A DNA stretch of 64,000 nt from the human T2T-CHM13v2.0 reference genome, Homo sapiens, in NCBI RefSeq assembly GCF_009914755.1, contig NC_060936.1. One strand, given 5' to 3'. The position numbers were made by a program, and so were the translations under genes. Shown piece by piece: positions 1-59,781 of this stretch. The notes below the pieces were generated by a model, which was given only the letters and a program-made list of their open reading frames with translations, made no database searches and was not told where the DNA came from. The stretch's first letter is position 1. Each line of letters starts with the position of its first letter.

Positions 1-272
<272 letters not shown>

Positions 273-894
273 TGTTTTTGAACTAAATTTAGACTTTTGA
301 TGTTATCATTTAAAAAAAAAAAAAGTGGTATAACTGGGCCTAAAACCATGAAGAGCTTAAAAAACACTAACCAACAAGCCATTGTATTGTGTATTTGTTT
401 GATTATATTTACCTGTATTTATTTAAAGCCCATTGTATCTGTCTTACATTCAAGTTTTGGGAAGAAAGCTTTTTTTATTTTAAAATTCATTTTACATAAC
501 TGCCTTTCTGGTCAGCTGTCAGAATGTAAATAGCAATAAGAATCCTGCTAAATGCTCAAGAGCAGCAGTGAGTGATCCTATGTTCCTAAAGGGAATGAGC
601 CTGTTTGCCTACAGCAAAAGGAAGAGCACTTAATTATTCCATAGACCTCTTCAGCTATGCTTCACATGTCTTCAGAAGCTCCTACCAATGCAGCTGCCAA
701 CCATTTAAATTTGGGATGGGGTAGGGCGGGGGATCTTTGGATTCCCTGCTTTTGATTGAGGGAAATTTACCCATAATTTCCTTTCCTCATCTCTCTCACT
801 CCTGTTGAAAGGCTGCCACCATGGTAGATCTTCTAAATTTCCATTTTAGCAGCAAAATATCAGGGGGACAAATTATGCAAATAAACATTTGTAC

Positions 895-1201
895 ACAAAA
901 ACAATCTCTCATCTGAAAACCTTAGGGCCAGACTGTGATTCGGAATTCAGTCTCTCATAGTTTGGAAAGATAATGAGACACATAACCTTATATCTCAATT
1001 TTCCCAAAAGAGCTTAGCACCCCATAAAAATCACATTAAAATCTCCACAATGGCTATGAATATTCACACTAAGTAGGACAAATAACAGCCTCACATCAGT
1101 TCAGAACAAATTTTGCAATCAAATGAGTCTGCTGCAAAATTTAGGTTAAAAATTTCAGTTTCCTGATAGTTCTAGATTTGAGAATTGTGATTATGAACCA
1201 G
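895..1201 (-). mobile_element. MER46C-like Tigger-derived DNA element
   Basis: Recognised internal motifs (TTCACACTAAGT, AGCCTCACATCAGTTCAG) and degenerate termini. Confidence 0.6.
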
Positions 1202-1660
1202 TATTTTCCAAAAATAAAATGAAACTCAAAGAAAATAAAATACTTAAATTGAGGACTTTGGGGAAAACAAGTAGGTAGGATTTTTTTCAATAAAAAAAGA
1301 TTATATATAAAATGATGGTATTCAATTACTTTTTAAATAACTGAAGAGTAACTGAGTAGATGAATGGAAGAGTTTCAATTATATTTTTAATTTAAATACA
1401 CACAACTATTCTAAGCCTGTGTCCTGCATTAAAGGGTTATTAAAAGGTTCAGTTGAGTTGACAGACATTAAAAAATTAACAGAATACAAAGCCAACATAC
1501 AATATTATTAAATTGCTCAAAAGAAACAATCTAGTCAGATTTCATGACATCAAATAAAGCTAATGCATAAACTAATTAGACTTATAAACCAATTTAAGCT
1601 TATTAATTATCCCTCGAACTAATCTTGAGGGACAGTGTTTAAAATCCATAGTAATTTAGT

Positions 1661-1688
1661 CAACAAACAAACAAACAAACAAACAAAC
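1661..1688 (+). repeat. (CAAA)n microsatellite
   Basis: Direct reading. Confidence 0.9.
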
Positions 1689-1694
1689 CAGTCA

Positions 1695-47720
<46,026 letters not shown>

Positions 47721-47941
47721 TACAAGTATAATATATCAGAAGGAAAATGTTTCCCAAAAGAATTTAATTTTCACTTGATGTATTTCCAAGATGAAAATCT
47801 TTTAAGTATGAAAATCTTTCTTAAACCAAACACTCATTGTATGACTTTGTAAAGCAGCATCAGCAGCAACATTTCCCAGAGAAGTATCTTGACCTTTGGC
47901 CCATGACTAGTTTCTCCATATCAATCATGAGATATACACAT
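47721..47941 (-). other. ATP2B1: 5'UTR portion of exon 2 (221 nt)
   Basis: Acceptor TTTTCTTCTTACAG (AG at 47943-47942) upstream of the start ATG at 47720. Confidence 0.85.
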
Positions 47942-49440
47942 CTGTAAGAAGAAAATATTTAAAAGTTAATAAAATCTATCTTAAGAGTATTATGCATGTA
48001 AGCATATTTTCTAAATGTCACCAGGTAGCTAAAGTAGATAATTTAATAATATAAATATTTTTGAACTCCAGTCTTGTGCTTTTAAAGTGCTTTGCATGAT
48101 AAAAGATCAAAGTACAACTTTTAAATAAAACTGTACATCAGAAGACATTAGATTACATTATTAAATAAAACTGCACTTCACATGACTGAATTTTATGATC
48201 CACTCAGTATTACTGTTATTGTTCCAAGCACTATGCTAGTTGTTTTAAATTCATTCTCTCACTTAATCATTACAATTTAATCCCATGAGGTGTTACTCCT
48301 TCTTCTTCTAGTGATAAGAGCAGACTTCAAGAAAGTGAGTTTTCTGCCCAGCTAACAAATGGCTGAAATGTCTGAGGTGGACTGTCTCCAAGCCCAAGTT
48401 CCTTTTAACATTATACTTGGATCTCTCTCTCCAAGTCTTTCATATGGAATAGCCCCTGAAAGGACAAAAAGCATAACAGATCCTTTAATATTATTTCCTG
48501 TAATTCTCATTGGCCACTCTGTGACTCTAAAATCTTTTGGCCGGCAAAAACTATACTCTATATGATTTGTCACATGTTACCACCTCAGGTCTTCCTTTGA
48601 CCCCCTATCTAAAGAAATTCTCTACTCTTTTGTTGTCCTTGCCCAGTCTTCTTATTACCTGAATTTATCTTGTTCATTTGTTTATATGTTATTTTTTTCC
48701 CTCCATCTACACTATTAGTTCTGAGGGCAGAGTTTGCCCATTACTACATCTTGAGAACCTAGAACTGTACCAGACACATGGTAGACACTCAGTAAAAGTT
48801 TGAGGAATGAATACATGCATTACATTTATTTCTTCATCATACTTTCAAGTCCTCCTATTATACTAATCTGCCTAAAGATAAGCTCTCCTCTCCATACAAT
48901 CACCTCAAAGTTAACATGCCCAACAATGGACTCATCTCATTCACTCATTAAATAGCTCTGCCACCACCATTATCCTTACCACCTCGGCTAGGAATCTTAA
49001 ATCATCTTTGATTCCATCCTTTCCGGCTTCAGTCAGTTACTAAGTTAATTCTACCTTTGAAAAGTCTCTTCTGTATATAACCCCTTTTCTTCCTGATCTT
49101 CAAGTTCCTCTATGCAAATTATAATCATTAACCCCTTGGTTCTTCCTCATTCTAATGTCTCACACATACAATGCCCTAAGCATTTTGCTGCTACATTTAG
49201 TTTTTGAAATAGGCATCATGCCACTAAATCTAAACCTACAAGATGAAAATGCAGTCCCACTGCTGCTCATGACTGTCTGGCTCCATTTTACAGATTTAAC
49301 GTCTTCCCACCTCAAGCAATCTACCTGCACTCCAAAATATTTTTAAAATGTTTGATGATTAGAACTAGAAAAGATTAGAATGGCAAATGCAATAAATCTT
49401 CAGCTATGAAACTGCTATGAAGATGTCTGTACATCATGGT

Positions 49441-49626
49441 GTATGGTCCTCATACTTCAGCATATATCAGAATCACCCAGAGAATCAGTTAGATTGCTGG
49501 GCCCCACACCTCAAGCATCTTTAGATTCAGGCAGATTAAGGTGGGGCTCAATAATCTGCATTTCTAATAATTTTTGGGGTGATGCTGATGCTATCAGTCT
49601 AGGGAGCACACTTGTGAGAATGACTG
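49441..49626. mobile_element. MER5A
   Basis: ATCAGAATCACC...GATTGCTGGGCCCCAC...TCTGCATTTCTAA...GTGATGCTGATGCT. Confidence 0.8.
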
Positions 49627-50430
49627 AACTGGAGAATGGGCTAAAAACTTAGAATTCATATGAGTGAGTTGAGGATGGCTGGGTGAGAAAAGTTTGCTTG
49701 CCTTAGGTTAAACTTGCAAAGATGTGACAGTTACAGATTCTGCAAGACATTTTCTTGCATTGCCTCCTTCCTCCCACTTCACAAATCCTTATGCTTGTCT
49801 AATTATTACCAATTTTACTCATCTCCCAGGCAAAGTGGGTTCCCTCCTACGCACACATCAATTATAATAATAATCCAACTTGAAAAACTGGAGAGGGTGG
49901 TTATTTGATAATCTCCTTAGGTTTCTATATCCAGAATTTGTTGGCCTGAACATCACACTAACCTTAAAATAGATTATTATTTAACAAATAAAATAATTAA
50001 GATAAGTCTGTGTGTTGAGGGCATGTTTGTTCATCCGTCCTCTGGTTTCCACAAAGAGGAATTTTCCTCAACAACTCCTGGCCTGCTATCCCATCAATCA
50101 CCATGGACGTGAAATGACCTGCCTGATAGGAGATTTTCCTAGAGAAACTAGACATATGTAGCTTCTTCACCTCTGCCTTCTTTGGGGAGCCAGATAACTG
50201 GAGGACTCATGTATTCTGGTTTGAATTTTTAGGGGCAGACCCCAAGGTTTAAAAGCCTACTGGAGTAGAGGTAAATAATTGCTTAGTTCTGGGTTCAATA
50301 CTAGAGCGTTGTTGTCACACAAAAACCAAGTCATCCATTCCAGCTTTTATCAGTAATAAAACTGTTTTTTTTTATTCCTATGTGCCAATCTGTCTTTTCT
50401 CTTCACAGAATTCAAACAGAGAATTCAAAC

Positions 50431-50432
<2 letters not shown>

Positions 50433-50487
<55 letters not shown>
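50433..50487 (+). repeat. (GA)24 microsatellite, probably within an old MLT-type LTR
   Basis: Direct reading; downstream MLT-like AATAAA-containing 3' end. Confidence 0.9.
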
Positions 50488-50489
<2 letters not shown>

Positions 50490-51186
50490 CATGTGGCTGT
50501 CAATCCTGGACATCAATTGAGCCCCTGGGTCAATCAGTGACTAAAGTTTGTCCCATCACTGATCTTTTCCGTAATCTGTCAATAAATGCCCTTCAGGGGT
50601 TGAGTTTTCTATTACTTTGCAAGCCACAGAGCTTTGATAAGCACATGAATATTAATCATGCTCAATTCCCTCACTGTTTAAAGAAATTTAAAGAAAAGGA
50701 AGCCCAGACAAAAGCACCAAATGCAAATGAGCCACTTTCCCAAAGTGGACCTATTTGAATTACCAATCACCTACAAATTATGCAGCAGGTTGTTGTCTAT
50801 TTCTAGATCACCCATAGCTCCTTTTACTATTTTCTTCTTTACCCACTCTTCCATTCATCTAACTGGCTGGTTGACAAAAATACGAAGGACAATAAAAAAG
50901 TTTTGCTTTTCACTTGTTAGCTACAACATGACAATCAAGTTGAGACACAGGCTATTTGGGACTGATATACAACAGAAAGCAGAACATCTATTTTGCTTCT
51001 CTTTGTTTTCTAATAGAATTTTATCTTCTACTTGAAAAGTCTAAGAAAAAATGTTAAGTGCAAGCTGAGGCCCAAGAAGAGGGAGATTTTAAAGAAAGCA
51101 CATGTAGGCCTCCTGGCTTACAAAATTTATCCCAGAATAAATGTTGTCTCTGAACAAACCACTGTTGGTAGTCTTTGAGGTATTAC

Positions 51187-51190
<4 letters not shown>

Positions 51191-51221
<31 letters not shown>
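51191..51221 (+). repeat. (CA)n microsatellite
   Basis: Direct reading. Confidence 0.9.
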
Positions 51222-51222
<1 letters not shown>

Positions 51223-51474
51223 AGCACACGTAGCGGAAGACTGGAGGTGGGCAAAAAAGGTTACAGTATTCAAAAAGAACAATAAGGTGGATTTTTACTG
51301 ACATATAATCTTTACTGTGAATGGGTAGGGCCTTAGAAAAAGACAAAAGGATGATTATATCCTAGTAGTTACTAGAGCTCATAAAGAGGTTGGTTAATAA
51401 TACAATTTCAACTCCTTCTTTCATAAGGTTACTTTACAGAGCAAGGAAACGTTGTGTGAAAGTTAACCAGACTT

Positions 51475-51863
<389 letters not shown>

Positions 51864-54800
51864 TTAACAGGTAAGACATGGAGTGCTAAAAATGATTATT
51901 AATATTGTACATCAGCATGAGATTTTTGCAGGCAAGACAGAAATATATGCTAATACAACTAAATATATTAGATAGAAAAGGACCAATCTAGAAAGAGGTG
52001 TTTTCTTAACGCACTGTTGGGTTCCTAATTCCTGAATGATTCGAAATTTTTGTTAGAAATTTGAAGACCTAGAAGTTGTATTTACCCAATCTATAAGCAA
52101 CTCAAAGCTAGGTAAAAATCGGCAATACGTTACATGACAGAATTGGGATCTGGACAAATGGGAATGAGAGGTTAAATTTAATTGGTATAGAAGTATGGCC
52201 TCTTACATCTAATTCCCAAAACATAACTGTACAAATATGGCATATAAGAAATGCAACACCATATATGCAAAGACAAAAGTTCAGTTTACTCAAAGCTAAA
52301 AAATGCATTAATTTGGTGTTAATTAGCATGACTGATGTAAGTGCCTTCCCTCACTCCCAAAGCATGTGTGTTCTCAGGCAGTAGGGCCAGGAACGTAATA
52401 TCTAACAAAGGGAGGTAACAGATCTATTTTACTTTGCCTTGGACATACACACCTATTATGTAACAGGCTCATCTGTAAAATAAAGATACAAAAACAGTAC
52501 ACATCTTATTAAATGTGTAAATACATGTAAACCCTTTGAACTTACCTTGACACACAGTAAATGACAAATACATTTTAGCTATTTTTACTGTTCTTTAAGA
52601 ATATTTGCAGATCCATTCTGCAGAGAATAGCCTTCTCCCACCCCAGATGAGGAAGACCTCAAACCATTTCAGATATGGAAGGTTTAATAAGATTTTTAAA
52701 ACAAGAGGAAAAGAGAATCAGTATATGATTTGATATACTGAAATAATTTAAATGTTAAGTCAAATTTTGATTAGTTTTAATACATGTCTCAGAAAATTTT
52801 TAAATCCAAAACTAGTATTTACAAAGGGTCTTAATCCATGACTGGTTCTATATGAGCACAAATTATTGATTTAGGGTTTAAAAAAAAATCTTCTAAAGAT
52901 AAAGACACTTTATTTTCATTCATTTAATGAGAATACAAAGTTTTAAGTTTCAAATTTTTAGTTCTTTGGTGTTTAGAAGTCAATGTGTACCATCTCATAA
53001 ATTAATATCAACTTTGACATAACTGTACACAATTAGAGCTTATTCCCCGGACCCAAATATACTAATATGATACCTTAATCAGAGTAATTACTGATTTTTT
53101 GGAGTGATTAAGCAAGTATTACTTTTTATAAAAGTTACTAAATCAAAATAAAACACTATTTTAAAAAGACTTTTCTGTTAAATCATGGTTACAAAGCAAA
53201 GAATTCTAGAATTTAACAGCTAAAGGGATGTTGGAGATCAAATCCAATAGTTCATTTTATGGCCATTAAAACCAAACACTCATAATTGTCTACTTCCAAA
53301 ATGGATAAAGATACTTATAAAATAAAGCAAGTATTAAATACTCACAAAATCATTAAAAATGAGAGTAAATAGCTGAAATTTAAATCGCAGGATAAACAAT
53401 ATCCAAGTTTTAAGGAGGCTACTACCATCAGGGAAATAACTGGCACTGTACTTCGAAACTGGTACTGACACCCTGACCATTAGATGCACCATTTGACTAA
53501 CAAAGAACTAAAAAATAATTTTTGACTACGGGCTTTCAAAAAAGAACTCAAGAGATCTCCATTTTCATTGTGTGTTTTTTTCTTTGTGTGTGTTTTTTTC
53601 TGTAACACAAAATCAATTCCACTTCCTTTGCACACAGACATAGTTACACCAAGAGCGAGAGCTAGCCTACATAGCTGTTTCTCACTGTGGTTGCTATTGG
53701 CATTTTATTGACAGTGACAGCTACCTCGTGAGTTTAAAAATCCAGCCCTACCCCACCCAGTCCTCTTAGATATCAGCAGTGATTCTCAATCAGTGTGGAC
53801 AAGCTGAAACTTAGCACTGCAAATGTCCTATAGAAGGTTTGGATAGTATACCACATAATTGAGCCTAAATTTATGGCCCATTACACTGAAAAGTTATTTA
53901 AAGGCAACAAACCATGCTTTATCCATCTTTGATCTCCATATCTTATCAAGAGAGACTATGATCTTTCTTTCTTTTTTTTTTTTTTTAACACGAGACTGGA
54001 GTTTTATTATTACTCAGTCTTCCAAAAAGACTATGATCTTTCAACCTTCTTACATAGTCACTTTCTGCAGAAAGACAATAACCTTTTACCCGATTCACAC
54101 CCTAAAAATCTGAAGTCCTTCAACCATGATAATTTACTGTAAACTTAAATATAAGTGCTTGCATGTAATATCTCACTCTCATGGTGAAAAGAGCAGATGG
54201 TCTATTATTATACATATCAAACAGATACTACAAGATTAAGAATGGTAAAGAGTTTATTCTACAAAGTTTTGGTACATTCAAATTATTTCATTAAAATGCT
54301 TTAAAGAAATCAAGGAATGACTCAAATTTAAATTTACTCAAGTCACATTTTTCACTTCTTAAGGGGCTTAAAGAAAACATACACACTCACATAAAAGATC
54401 ATTAAACCTATACTGCTTGTTTAGAAAAGTAATTTATATTAGATGAGTAAAGAATAACATATAAACAAGAGTAAATTCACCAAAGGATTTTAGTTTTATA
54501 GAGCTGATAAAGCAGAAAATAAGCATTATCTAAAATGCCTGATTTATTAGTCTCAAAGGATTCCTAAATACCATCCCTGTGTCTGTGTTGACTAAAATTA
54601 GTCCTACTCCCCTAAGTAACTTACTTATCTAGTAGACTCTTCCAGAGGCAGAGACTAAGTACAGTACTTTAAAGGGCAAGTTACAGCTGCTGTCAGTTAT
54701 AAACTTGGCATGAACACTTTAGCAAATCTCTCAGGGTGGGAAACAACTAGATTAGAATAAGGAAGGCATTAATTTGTTCTTCTATTATAGCCTTTATCAC

Positions 54801-56413
54801 ACAGCTGCAATGATTTGTTTACCTCTCTGTCCTTCCCAGTGAACTGTAACTCATGGGAGAATCTGTGCCATTCATTTTTAACCCCAGCACTGTCTGGAAC
54901 ATAGTAGGTACTCTTGAACCATAAGCTAAAATAAATTTGAAAAACAGATTTTACAATGGAAGCAACCACAATTTAAATAGCAGAGCTAAACAAAACTTCC
55001 TAACACTGTTTAAAAGAATATGTTAGGTGTTAGATGAGTTAAGAGAAAGTCACAGCTTTCAAGGAGTTTTCAAACCATCTTGGTATGCCAGATATATTAT
55101 AGCTTTCCTTTAAATCCTTTTAGACAACAGAATAAGTTAAAGGATATTTCAGATTTTAAAAGGAATTACACGCCTGCTACATGGCAAAGTTTTTTAACCA
55201 GGGTCTTAGATTCTTGAGGGTATGCAAAGAAATAATACTGAATTATAATATTTCATACAGCCTGAAAGAAACAATACATTTATTTGAAAAATAATTTGTT
55301 AGGGTTACCCATGCTAAATAAAAATCTGCCAAATCAACATGGTAATAAAGTTGGCAAGTAGGTCTAAATAATAATGAATACAATCTTACCCAGTAAATAC
55401 CATTTGGTAAAAAAAACACTTAACTCCACATCTAACTAACATCTGCTCCAAAATTTGCTGTTTCTACACTATCTCCCACTCATAAATCAACCCATGACAA
55501 TCTAGCTTCCTCTTTTATGCTGCGTTGAAACTACTCTTCCAGGTGACCATTGATCCTGTTCTTAAATCTAATGGACACATTTAGCCCTAATCTAACCTAC
55601 TAGCAACCTTTGCTACTGTTAACCACTCCCTATTGAAATGTTCTTCTGCCTTCATTTCTCTGATGTCTGACTCTTATTCTCACTACACTGTCATCTCTAG
55701 CTGCTTGTTTTCACTTTCCACTGTTTGTCCTTTTTTTCGAAGAAGTCAAAGCAGTCAGTAGGGAGGGGCTGGATGGCACAGCAGCCTTTATAATTGCTTT
55801 CATCTGTTTTTAGTCAGAGTAAACGAGATTCGTTTATTGATAATAATAAAAATTTATTTGCATGTGCATTTACAGGGCCTATTTATTTTGTTTCTCTCAT
55901 ATTTCAGAATTCCACAATTCAATTAAAATGATGAAACCACAATGTAACAGTCTGGCTCAGTGAAAGTGTAAAAAAGAAAAAACCACCCAGGTTTTCTTAT
56001 CCTAAAGGCCCAAGCACAGCTCCTGTTTCCCACACCCTTTAGTCTATAAAGAAATATGCCAGCCCAAAGCAGAATAGGTGACTCACCTCCCTCCCTGGGG
56101 CTGTTAGATAACTATTTTGGCTTTTGATAGCTGTCATTTTCAGTACAGATTATTCATTCATGCCAACAAAGTACTTAATTAAGCAGAGTATATGATAAAA
56201 TTTTAATGTGAATGATCTCAAACACAGGTATCTTGAACTATAGAAATTTTTGGTCTACGGTCAAGTCAGTTGGTATCATCTTATCCCAAACATTTATGAT
56301 AGCTGTCTCTTGGGAGGTTGGTCTAATTTTGCAAGGTTATACTTACAAAACCAAAAACAATCCCTCTGAATTTACCAAAACCAGAACAAACTTAAAAGTT
56401 AACACACTACAGA

Positions 56414-56575
56414 TTAGTGGTTCTTAAACTTCAGCATGCATCAGAATCACCTCAATCACCTGTGAAAACACAGATTCCTGAGCCTCACTCAGTTGATCGA
56501 ACACTTCATGAGACTGTCTAACAACTTCTCAGATAACAGTGATGCCAATGCTACTGGTCTGGAGAGCCACTACTG
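56414..56575. mobile_element. MER5A
   Basis: TAGTGGTTCTTAAACTTCAGCATGCATCAGAATCACCT start. Confidence 0.7.
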
Positions 56576-56692
56576 ACAGAAAGTGTAGCCTCAACCTTGA
56601 CTAGGGAACAAACTGCTGGATTGTCACCTTGATCCAAAAGTTTCCTCAAACAAATATAAGCAAATTACTTATGGTTCTTTATTATGCTATTC

Positions 56693-56969
56693 TTTTTTTT
56701 TTTTTTTGAGACAGTGTCTCGCTCTGTTGCCAGGCTGGAGTGCAGTGCACTCAGCTCACTGCAACCTCCGCCTCCTGGGTTCAAGCGATTCTCATGCCTC
56801 AGCTGGGATTACAGGCATGCACCACCATATCCAGCTAATTTTTGTATTTTTAGTAGAGATGGGGTTTCACCATGTTGGTCAGGATAGTCTCGATCTCCTG
56901 ACTCCGTGATCCGCCCGCCTCGGCCTCCCAAAGTGCTGGGAGTACAGGCGTGAGCCACCACACCCGGCC
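56693..56969 (-). mobile_element. Alu (Sc-like) with small deletions
   Basis: TSD TATTATGCTATTCTT. Confidence 0.92.
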
Positions 56970-59551
56970 TATTATGCTATTCTTGATGTGCATGGATAAC
57001 TGAAAGCAGACTACTTTCTAAAAATATTACTTGAGTTGATTTTTTTGTGTGTTTTGATTTTTAGTACCAAGTATACTAATATTTTTCCATTTAAGCCTTA
57101 TAATACACAAATATACATAAACACTGCAAATAATTTCTTTTATTCAAAAAATGTGGAGACTCATATTGATACATTCTGAACATATGTTAAATTACTTTAA
57201 ACACCTAAAAAAATTAAATTTTTAAAAGTTTAACAGAGAATCTTAGGTACCTACTTTCTTTTGCTCTCCCAGAAAATAAACTACTTTGTTTTCTCCTATT
57301 CTATTGTTCTATTTAGGCATTTTAGAAACCTTTCATCTTTACAGTAAGTTTCCTAGTAAAATAAGCTTTTGAAAAGCTCAAAAAATAAAGTTAATTTTAT
57401 ATAATCCTGTGCAGTTTACCAAATATAAGAACATACTATATCTCCAGTTAAATATGAGAACCAAATGTTCTATCATTTTCCAGTCTCACTGGTGTTGAAA
57501 TTTTCAGCTATAGTCAAAGAAGAGATTTCTAAATTAAAACTGTGTTTTTCCTTCTGTTCAGGAGCTAGAAGGCAACATGAACACTTGAATGTCACACCAG
57601 CTGCTCTGTCGGCCTACTCAGTTCTTAAGAGCTTCTATCCTGTCAATTCACAAGAACCTACACTTACATGCTTAAGGAAACAGGATGCTCATTATGTCAC
57701 TGAAAAGAGCTCACAAAAATAAAGTTGGCAATATTGAGGGAGGCATAACTCTTATCTGTAAATTTAACATGAGCTTTCTGTTTTCTTAATTAAAAACTCT
57801 AGATTTCAATAAGATTTATTACAGTTCTTCACCAACTGAATAGAGAACTAAGGGAAGAAGGCACTTTCCCATTTCTTTATCTCGTTCTATTTATATAGTT
57901 TCATAGTTGATGATCTTTTGCAATTTCCAGCTGTGATTATTAAAGAACAGTTCAGTAAATCAATACTCACTTCTGCAAAACATTTAAATAATCTGGTTGG
58001 AAAATAAGGTAAATTCTATTTTAAGAGGATATCAGACAAGAATTTATTTATGGTTAACTCACCAAAGTGCAAAGAATATGGGCAACAGGGATGTGTTGAA
58101 CTGTAGCCCACTCCATCACAACATGTTGGTGATCCTTCAAACTCTCTGGTTTCACACACTCTTGACCTTCATTCTAAGACTTTGATCTGTATTCTCTACC
58201 TGCTATTCAAGCGGAGGGCCACAAGGTAAACTTATCATCCCTTGGAATTGTTCTATTTTCAAAATTTGCTCTCCAGTGAACAACTTATCTCACTTTATTT
58301 CTCTTCACTTCTACTGAGTCTTGTGTAAACATTCTGACCTTCAAGTTCAAAGGTAGTCAAGATCCTTTCTGATCAACACTTGCCTCCCTAAAAATGCTTA
58401 CTTCTCAATGGTCAGCGACTCCAGTTTTGCTCTTATGTCTCACTTGCTCTTTATCCTCCTACCACCCATCTGGTTAATTAGCTACCCCTGAATAGACATA
58501 CCATCTGGCTGAGCAATGTTGGTAAAAGTTTAAAAACTGAGTTCTTAGTTCCATCAGAATTTTTTCTCAGTCATATATGATCCACGGACATATCTCTAAC
58601 TTCCTGTCATGTTCCTCTTTCAATTCCAAGACCTTCTTAAATTACTCCAGCTCTTTCCAGGGTCCTCAAGTCTGCTCCAAGACCTTGCTTCCTTGATTGC
58701 CACTGCAAGCTACCACCACTTCCATCCCCTTTCTCTTGGTTTCCTCAGACTAGCCAATATTCAGATACATTCTACTACATAAAAGACCATTTTTCTCCAC
58801 CCACCTCCCTGCCACAAAAAACAAACAAACAAAAACAAAAAAAACAAAAAACATGTCTCTCCTGGATTTTGATAACCCATCAGGCTATTCTTTTTCTCCC
58901 CCTCCTTTTATCCCACTTTTTAAAAAGATCTATTCACAATGCTTCCTCCTAATGGCCCACTCTCACCTTGACCCTGACAAACTGAATCCATTCTTCTGTC
59001 CACACACTACTAAGATGGCTCTCTATGAAGAGCCATCTTCTATTAATGCTTCTATTAGCCATCATCTATTAATGATCTCAGGCTTTTTATCAGTCCTCAT
59101 CCTCCTCTTAATTCTGTGTCACTTGACAGTACTGTTCCCTCCTGTCCATTGTATCACTTACTTATTCTCACAGGTCTCTAACCCATCCTCCTCTGCTCAC
59201 ATTTACCCCCTTTTAAAATCTTTACCACATCTTAAATGAGGGTATTACCCAGGGATCTATCCACAGGCCTCTTGGCAACTCATACCATATTATGGCCTAC
59301 ATCTACCACCTTAATCAAGTGCCAGGCCATGTTCTGTTAACAGACATTTCTATCTGAGTATCTTGCTGTACTTCAAATGCAGTCACCAATATTAAACTTA
59401 TCACTGTCCCCCAACACCTGTTGTTGTTCTCCAAAGTTCTTACCAGTCCCAAAGGTATCTGAGTAAACTCTATGTCCAAGGCTCTGTCTTCAAGGAGTTT
59501 ACAGTCTAAATGAGGGAGAAAGACAAGCATACTAGAAAGTAAAATTAAGTG

Positions 59552-59781
59552 TTGTACACTGCTAAAAGAAATCACAGATGATACAAACAAATGGAAAAAC
59601 ATTCCATGCTCATGGATTGGAAGAATCAGGATCGTTAAAATGGCCATACTGCTGAAAGCAATCTACAGATTCGGTGCTATTCCTATCAAACTACCAACAC
59701 CATTTTTCACAGAATTAGAAAAAATCATTCTAAAATTCATATGGAACCAAAAAAGAATCTGAATAGCCAAAACAAGCAAAC
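59552..59781 (+). mobile_element. Isolated L1 ORF2 internal fragment
   Basis: Translates as ...[49 protein letters not shown] (L1 ORF2p). Confidence 0.9.

Noticed and set aside
815-916. Perfect Kozak GCCACCATGG on the + strand opening an ORF of about 31 codons
   Set aside because: Antisense and intronic, with no promoter or splice support; it runs into a DNA-transposon remnant. One such 10-mer in 64 kb is not compelling.
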